44,148 nt of DNA, from assembly GCA_001817115.1 (NCBI GenBank), contig MHHS01000032.1, positions 11,801-55,948 on the forward strand, given 5' to 3'. Positions 40,129-44,148 of this stretch are shown here, in pieces. Made by a program: the position numbers and the translations under genes. The stretch comes from Candidatus Andersenbacteria bacterium RIFCSPHIGHO2_12_FULL_45_11b. GTDB lineage: Bacteria > Patescibacteriota > Andersenbacteria > UBA10190. A model generated the notes under the pieces. It made no database searches. It was not told the origin of the DNA and saw only the letters and a program-made list of their open reading frames with translations. Each line of letters starts with the position of its first letter. The first letter of the stretch is position 1.

Positions 40129-41018
40129 GGCCACGTGTAATTTCTGTAGATGTACTCTACAACAATCTTCATGTCTTGAAAACGATCATCGCTTCCTAAG
40201 ATTACTGCGCCTATTTTCTGCCCCTTTGGCCCTACAGTTATAATTGCAAGGTTCTCTTTTGCGGCGAGTGTGTATCCCGTTTTTGCCGCAAGTATGGGCA
40301 TGTATGTTCCTAATAATTTATCGGTGGATACGAACGTGTGCTTGCTTCCTTCGAATGATATAACCTCACCTTTTCCTTGAGATAAGAATGGGCGCAGATA
40401 CGAATCGTTGTATGCGATCATTAACATGCGCATGACGTCGTGTGCAGTTGAATGCTGTGTCCCCCCTTGCAGCCCAGTGGAGTTTGCGAGCACAGTGTGA
40501 AAGAGTCCGTGCGATGCGGCATATTCATTTGCGTATGCGACAAAATCGCTTTCAGATCCTTTTGTCGCTATTGCGAGCGCTACCATTGCATCGTTTGCAG
40601 AAGGAATAAGGCTTGCCGCAAATAACGAACCCGCTGTTACGTGTTCCCCTGGGATAAGCTTAATGCCTACGCCCTCGCGTTGCGCTTTGCGTACATCTGG
40701 CGGAATGGTGACGGTAGCATTGGGCGAGATGAGCGACCGGGCAATAACTGTTGAGAGGAGCTTGTTTAAGCTAGCAATTGGCCGCTCTTCATTTGCACTG
40801 CGTTCATACAGCACGGTATCCGTTTCTATGTCCCACACCAGCGCAGATTGCGCAGTAAGGTCGACATCAATGGCATCCCCCGTTTTTTGGGGGATATGCG
40901 CCGATTGTGTTTCCAGCGCGGGCTGCTGAGATACGCCGTATGGAACACAGCTTGTAACGGGCTGCTGCATTATCATGCAGCCCACAATCGTGGCGATGCC
41001 TTGGAAAATCGAAATCAT
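40125..41018 (-). CDS. D-alanyl-D-alanine carboxypeptidase (S11, PBP5/6-like low-MW PBP)
   Basis: 297 aa with an N-terminal hydrophobic anchor or signal and the SxxK (ASLNKLLS), SxN (PSANDA) and KTG (KTGYT) active-site motifs. Confidence 0.85.
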   Translation of the reverse strand: MISIFQGIATIVGCMIMQQPVTSCVPYGVSQQPALETQSAHIPQKTGDAIDVDLTAQSALVWDIETDTVLYERSANEERPIASLNKLLSTVIARSLISPNATVTIPPDVRKAQREGVGIKLIPGEHVTAGSLFAASLIPSANDAMVALAIATKGSESDFVAYANEYAASHGLFHTVLANSTGLQGGTQHSTAHDVMRMLMIAYNDSYLRPFLSQGKGEVISFEGSKHTFVSTDKLLGTYMPILAAKTGYTLAAKENLAIITVGPKGQKIGAVILGSDDRFQDMKIVVEYIYRNYTWP

Positions 41019-41545
41019 TTGCTTGAGTTGAGAAGTTGGTCTATATGCTCGCTCTTGGATAGAGCCTCAAATTGCGGTAATTCTTTTTTGTTCGTGATGC
41101 CTAGCTGCATAAGCGCATCTTCGGAAATGTCATACAACGATGCATGCGCAGCCGTTCGTGTTTGATGCAGGAGCCCGCGGAGGAGAAGCTGGCGAATCAT
41201 TCGCCTGGAATCTACGCCTCGGATAGCATCAATATCATATCGAGATATCGGCCCGCGATATGCAATTACGGAAAGTGTTTCCATCGCAGCGCGGGAAAGC
41301 TCTTTGCCGTCCTGGCCGGCAAATTGCGCAAGGAACTCCGCAACAGATCCGCTTGTTACGAGCTGTGCATGTGTTGCGGTTGTGACCAGCGCTAATGCAT
41401 GGCCTTCCAAATGCTGCGCCAATTCCCCAAGAGCAGCTTGAACATCTTGTTCTGGAGCGCTAAGTAGCTGCGCAAGGTCGGAAATACTTACTGCTTCTCC
41501 GGCAGTAAACAGCAGCGCTTCAATATGCTGGGTGAGGCTTGTCAT
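41015..41545 (-). CDS. scpB: segregation and condensation protein B
   Basis: 176 aa. Typical ScpB winged-helix repeats are present (IEALLFTAGEAVSISDLAQLL, LSRAAMETLSVIAYRGPISRYDIDAIRGV). ATGA overlaps occur at both ends. Confidence 0.9.
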   Translation of the reverse strand: MTSLTQHIEALLFTAGEAVSISDLAQLLSAPEQDVQAALGELAQHLEGHALALVTTATHAQLVTSGSVAEFLAQFAGQDGKELSRAAMETLSVIAYRGPISRYDIDAIRGVDSRRMIRQLLLRGLLHQTRTAAHASLYDISEDALMQLGITNKKELPQFEALSKSEHIDQLLNSSK

Positions 41546-42249
41546 ATTTTATGCACCGTAAGTGTACTAAATGCTTCTTCTTGTTCCAAGCGAACAGAAT
41601 TATTGCGTGCCATTTCCAGCACTGCTAAAAAGGATACGGCCTGATCTTGGCGAGAAGATCCATGAACAGTTTCTTGGAATATCAGTTTTTTGACGCGGTC
41701 GAGCCGGTCTTGGAACATCGCAAATAATTCTTTTATAGATCGGCCTCGCCTTGTGAGATGAGCAGAAGGTTTTGGCGGCGGCGGTATTCTGCCAATAAGG
41801 TTTTGCAATGCGTCGTGCAGGAGTTCTGATGAGATATTCGGCATGAAAGCCTCGCTCCCCGGTTCTTGAAATTCCCCTTCTGCAAAATGATGAGCTGGCA
41901 AGAGCGGTTTTGTATTCCAGCGAGCGGCGAGTATCTCTGATACAGCGCGGAATTTTTCGTACAGTGCAAGCCGGTGATGCAGATCGGAAATTTCTTCTTC
42001 CTCTTCGTGCGCTAAAGATGGCACCATTTGGCGCACTTTGATTAATAATAGTGTAGATGCAACAACAAGAAACGACCCCATAATCTCTGGATCAATTTCA
42101 CGCTCTTTAATGTATGTTAAAAATGAATCCGTTAAGCTCTGTAAAGAAATTTCAGAAAGTCTGATTTGCTCTTTTTTTGCAAGCTCAACAAGCAGGTCGT
42201 ATGGCCCTTCATACTGCTCAATATGGACGTTTGGAAGCGTTGATTGCAT
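41542..42249 (-). CDS. scpA: segregation and condensation protein A (kleisin)
   Basis: 235 aa. The sequence FEGPYDLLVELAKKEQIRLSEISLQSLTDSFLTYI and the C-terminal winged helix (AVSFLAVLEMAR) are typical of ScpA. Confidence 0.9.
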   Translation of the reverse strand: MQSTLPNVHIEQYEGPYDLLVELAKKEQIRLSEISLQSLTDSFLTYIKEREIDPEIMGSFLVVASTLLLIKVRQMVPSLAHEEEEEISDLHHRLALYEKFRAVSEILAARWNTKPLLPAHHFAEGEFQEPGSEAFMPNISSELLHDALQNLIGRIPPPPKPSAHLTRRGRSIKELFAMFQDRLDRVKKLIFQETVHGSSRQDQAVSFLAVLEMARNNSVRLEQEEAFSTLTVHKI

Positions 42250-42277
42250 AAAAGTAAGTGTAGCATATTAAGAGTTT

Positions 42278-42373
42278 CCTCTCTCCCTGCATAGGGAGAG
42301 AGCTAGAGAGAGGGTTAGTGCGAACGCATGACGAAACCCTCTTCCCCGCCTTCTCCCTATCCAGGGAGAAGGG
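42278..42373. repeat. family-B three-hairpin element (B6)
   Basis: Hairpin 1 is CTCTCTCCCTgcatAGGGAGAGAG (42279-42302). Hairpin 2 is GAGGGTT..18 nt..AACCCTC (42310-42341). Hairpin 3 is CCTTCTCCCTatccAGGGAGAAGG (42349-42372). It lies between the GT2 stop and the scpA start. Confidence 0.8.
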
Positions 42374-42378
42374 AGCAC

Positions 42379-43182
42379 TCACTCATGTTTCGGCATTTCT
42401 TTTCCTCGGAATTTCCAAAAATATTTAATTGCGGATTTGATGTGTTCGCGGGTCGGGCGATTGGTGAGCACGCCGATAATTGCATTGCGCTCGCTGCTTC
42501 GCTGATGAAAATGGGAAAATACTGCAGAAGGCACATACATAACGCGCCAGCCGCCTTCCCAAAATCTGCGGCACCAATCAACGTCTTCAAAATAGAGGAA
42601 AAATTGCTCATCCATTTTCCCTATTTTTTCTATGGCTTTTTTGCGAACCATGAGGCATGCGCCCATCAGCCAATCCACATCTTTTATTTCTGCATGGTCG
42701 AAATCTTTCATTAAAAAATTCCGAATAGTCTGCTTGCCCATCGCCGTTTTTCCTAAAAATGTTCGGCGATAAATGATCGTCATGATGGTATAGAACCGGT
42801 AGCACGAATATTGCAGTTTTCCATTCGGAGAAATTAATTTTCCGCCAGATACTCCAACTTCCGGATTTTTATCCATAAAGTCAATAAGTGTTTGTACTGC
42901 TCCGGGCAACGCAACCATGTCCGGGTTGAGTATCAAATAGTAGGATCCCTTCGCTTTTTTCAGAGCCATATTTACGCCCGCAGCCAAGCCCATATTTTCC
43001 GGGTTATCAAGAACGGTAATTTCAGGGAAATCAGAACGGAGCAGATATACGCTATCGTCTCCCGAATTATTATCAACGACGATAATTTCTGTAGATTTCG
43101 GCAAGTCTTTCAGCAGCGACTCAACAAGCGCTCGCGTAAGCTGCCACATTTTATAATTTACGATAATAATTGACAATTTCAC
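42379..43182 (-). CDS. family 2 glycosyltransferase
   Basis: 267 aa with a GTG start. The GT-A N-terminus (LSIIIVNYKMWQLT, IIVVDNNSGD) and the DxD-like FYFEDVDWCRR motif are present. Confidence 0.85.
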   Translation of the reverse strand: MKLSIIIVNYKMWQLTRALVESLLKDLPKSTEIIVVDNNSGDDSVYLLRSDFPEITVLDNPENMGLAAGVNMALKKAKGSYYLILNPDMVALPGAVQTLIDFMDKNPEVGVSGGKLISPNGKLQYSCYRFYTIMTIIYRRTFLGKTAMGKQTIRNFLMKDFDHAEIKDVDWLMGACLMVRKKAIEKIGKMDEQFFLYFEDVDWCRRFWEGGWRVMYVPSAVFSHFHQRSSERNAIIGVLTNRPTREHIKSAIKYFWKFRGKEMPKHE

Positions 43183-43198
43183 AGAATAGGAGTATAAT
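43170..43198 (+). promoter_or_regulatory. perfect-consensus sigma-70-type promoter for the only plus-strand gene
   Basis: TTGACA (43170-43175), exactly 17 nt, then TATAAT (43193-43198). The -35 box lies inside the first codons of the divergent GT2 gene. Confidence 0.6.
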
Positions 43199-43227
43199 TG
43201 AGAGTTAGTGCCAAAAAGGTGCTACTG

Positions 43228-43242
43228 GTGCCACAGTGGCAC
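43228..43242. promoter_or_regulatory. 15-bp perfect palindrome (candidate operator or 5'-UTR hairpin)
   Basis: GTGCCAC-A-GTGGCAC lies about 30 nt downstream of the -10 box. Additional GTGCC/GGTGC half-site-like copies occur at 43208-43212 and 43219-43223. Confidence 0.35.
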
Positions 43243-43282
43243 AAAAACGTTCGAAACGCAAACAGAAGGAGGTTCTTTGAAA

Positions 43283-43594
43283 ATGGAAGCGACGACCCAA
43301 GAGATCGAATTGAGTAAAGAGACGGCCTTCGAACAAGGTAAACTTTTTGGAAAACATGCTGGCTACTTCAATTGCCACGATCAAACCGTCACTTTTCTGT
43401 TTAAGCCGAAATCAGCATCTTCGGCAGCGAATATGGACGAGATGGTTGCGTCGTACATTGGGGGTGTCTTGTTGGGCTTTGCGGATGGGCAAGAGCCCAA
43501 TAAACATCGCGTGCTGACAATCACCTCGTTCGCACGTATTTCCCGAGCCTTCGAATTCAACTTTATAACTACGGTTGATCAGGGGGAAGAATAG
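43283..43594 (+). CDS. hypothetical small protein (orphan)
   Basis: I take the start at ATG 43283 (MEATTQEIELSKE..), preceded by AAGGAGG (43266-43272); the track ORF begins upstream at GTG 43208 inside the 5' UTR. It is 103 aa, with no TM helix or domain that I recognise. Confidence 0.55.
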   Translation: MEATTQEIELSKETAFEQGKLFGKHAGYFNCHDQTVTFLFKPKSASSAANMDEMVASYIGGVLLGFADGQEPNKHRVLTITSFARISRAFEFNFITTVDQGEE

Positions 43595-43607
43595 TCATCA
43601 TCATACT

Positions 43608-43645
43608 CGCGCACCCGCCCTTTCGGCCGGTGCGCGATTTTTATT
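43608..43645 (+). terminator. rho-independent terminator of the plus-strand orphan
   Basis: CGCGCACC-c-GCCctttcGGC-c-GGTGCGCG (8+3 bp) is followed by ATTTTTATT, 14 nt after the TAG stop. Confidence 0.7.
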
Positions 43646-43656
43646 GTCGTAGTTTC

Positions 43657-43756
43657 CCTTCCCCCCAATTGGGGGGAAGGAGGGGATGGGGGCAGAACAT
43701 GCGGCATCACGTTTCACCAGCCCCCACCCTAACCCTCCCCCTGATTAGGGGGAGGG
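43657..43756. repeat. family-B three-hairpin element (B7)
   Basis: Hairpin 1 is CCTTCCCCCCaattGGGGGGAAGG (43657-43680). Hairpin 2 is GGGGGC..26 nt..GCCCCC (43688-43725). Hairpin 3 is CCCTCCCCCtgattaGGGGGAGGG (43733-43756). The architecture matches B6 with different stem sequences. Confidence 0.8.
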
Positions 43757-43764
43757 GAAATTCG

Positions 43765-43795
43765 CCAAGATTGCTTCGCTATGCTCGCAATGACA
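43765..43795. repeat. family-C short element (C2)
   Basis: CCAAGATTGCTTCGCTATGCTCGCAATGACA shares the TGTCATTGCG(A/C)G end with 18976-18991. It supplies the last codons (..VSLRA*) and the TAG stop of the partial GT2 gene. Confidence 0.55.
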
Positions 43796-44148
43796 CTGCT
43801 CTCCCCGTACTTTTTCCTTTCTCCCTCATCATCTTCAATCCAGCAAAAGTTTCTTTCCAAACACCAAATAATTCTTTCGAAAATAAAGATAGAACAAAAA
43901 AGACGAGCAGTCGCATTTTAACAAACGGCCAGTACAAAAAAATTTGTTTCGTGGATGCATTTTTTGCAATCATCCATACATAATTTCGTAACGACCAACG
44001 AGTACGTGGACTATTGACGCGTTTTTTAATTTCAGAAATATTTAATCCCCAGTTTAAAAATCCTCGTTTGCCGAGCGTGCGTGCATGATAGCTTGCGAGT
44101 ACGGGAATATATTGCACCTGCCAGCCCGCATTGTTTAACCGCCAGCCT
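43779..44148 (-). CDS. family 2 glycosyltransferase, C-terminal part; the gene starts beyond the right edge
   Basis: The frame is open from the window edge: GWRLNNAGWQVQYIPVLASYHARTLGKRGF..., the typical GT2 'R..aGw.i.y.P.a...H' segment, followed by a hydrophobic C-terminal helix. The track lists only the GTG-initiated sub-ORF 43779..44117. Confidence 0.7.
   Translation of the reverse strand, partial: GWRLNNAGWQVQYIPVLASYHARTLGKRGFLNWGLNISEIKKRVNSPRTRWSLRNYVWMIAKNASTKQIFLYWPFVKMRLLVFFVLSLFSKELFGVWKETFAGLKMMREKGKSTGRAVSLRA

Noticed and set aside
43183-43205. A leaderless promoter for the GT2 gene (TATACT on the minus strand, 9 nt upstream of GTG 43182)
   Set aside because: I could not find an acceptable -35 element at 16-18 nt spacing, and the -10 is simply the reverse complement neighbourhood of the plus-strand TATAAT. 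I mention it only as possible face-to-face promoter interference, not as a called feature.
43208-43282. GTG-initiated 25-codon extension of the plus-strand orphan (MPKRCYWCHSGTKTFETQTEGGSLK)
   Set aside because: It would begin about 10 nt after the -10 box and run through the palindrome. A strong AAGGAGG lies 10 nt upstream of ATG 43283, which is the much more plausible start.
1-44148. Search for tRNA, rRNA, tmRNA, RNase P, riboswitch or T-box leaders, integrase or transposase, and prophage or defence islands
   Set aside because: I found no T-loop/acceptor-like sequences in the short intergenic regions and no long untranslated leaders upstream of proS or alaS. I found no recombinase-like ORF. 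By-eye inspection could miss a small structured RNA, so Infernal/Rfam and tRNAscan-SE should still be run.

Overview
This 44-kb window is tightly packed with housekeeping genes and is almost entirely transcribed from the minus strand; I find one plus-strand gene. The content resembles a streamlined Patescibacteria/CPR-type genome, but that assignment is inference from short housekeeping enzymes, gene content and repeat style, with no search run.

Minus-strand order, from high to low coordinates:
- a partial GT2 glycosyltransferase, the single plus-strand orphan, and a second GT2
- scpA-scpB-dac-mraY-murD, two orphan genes, then ftsW-murG-murC
- a sigma-r4/HARE-HTH protein, a membrane protein, and a VirD4/TraD-like ATPase with a CxxC-x17-CxxC tail
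- a LOG-family gene, an orphan, alaS, and two more orphans
- infA-rpmJ-rpsM-rpsK-rpsD-rpoA-rplQ-rplM-rpsI
- a large GT39-like membrane glycosyltransferase, a GT4 interrupted by an in-frame TAG, hpf and secA
- a nucleotide house-cleaning block (P-loop, HExxH, MazG-like, two Nudix)
- secD-secF-holB-frr, a Clp_N-like gene, rseP-proS, and mreB-mreC-mreD-mrdA (partial)

I recognised no rRNA, tRNA, CRISPR array, transposase or integrase.

The most unusual signal is at least three families of short hairpin/palindromic interspersed elements. They pile up in intergenic hot spots and are also translated in-frame inside murD, the GT39 protein, the ATPase tail and a Nudix C-terminus, and one supplies the stop codon of alaS.

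Other points of interest:
- the conserved-looking HTH / membrane protein / T4CP-like zinc-ribbon ATPase operon
- two self-contained orphan transcription units inside the dcw cluster
- infA with no canonical start codon (CTG at the homologous position)
- a consensus-promoter/operator/terminator cassette around the only plus-strand gene
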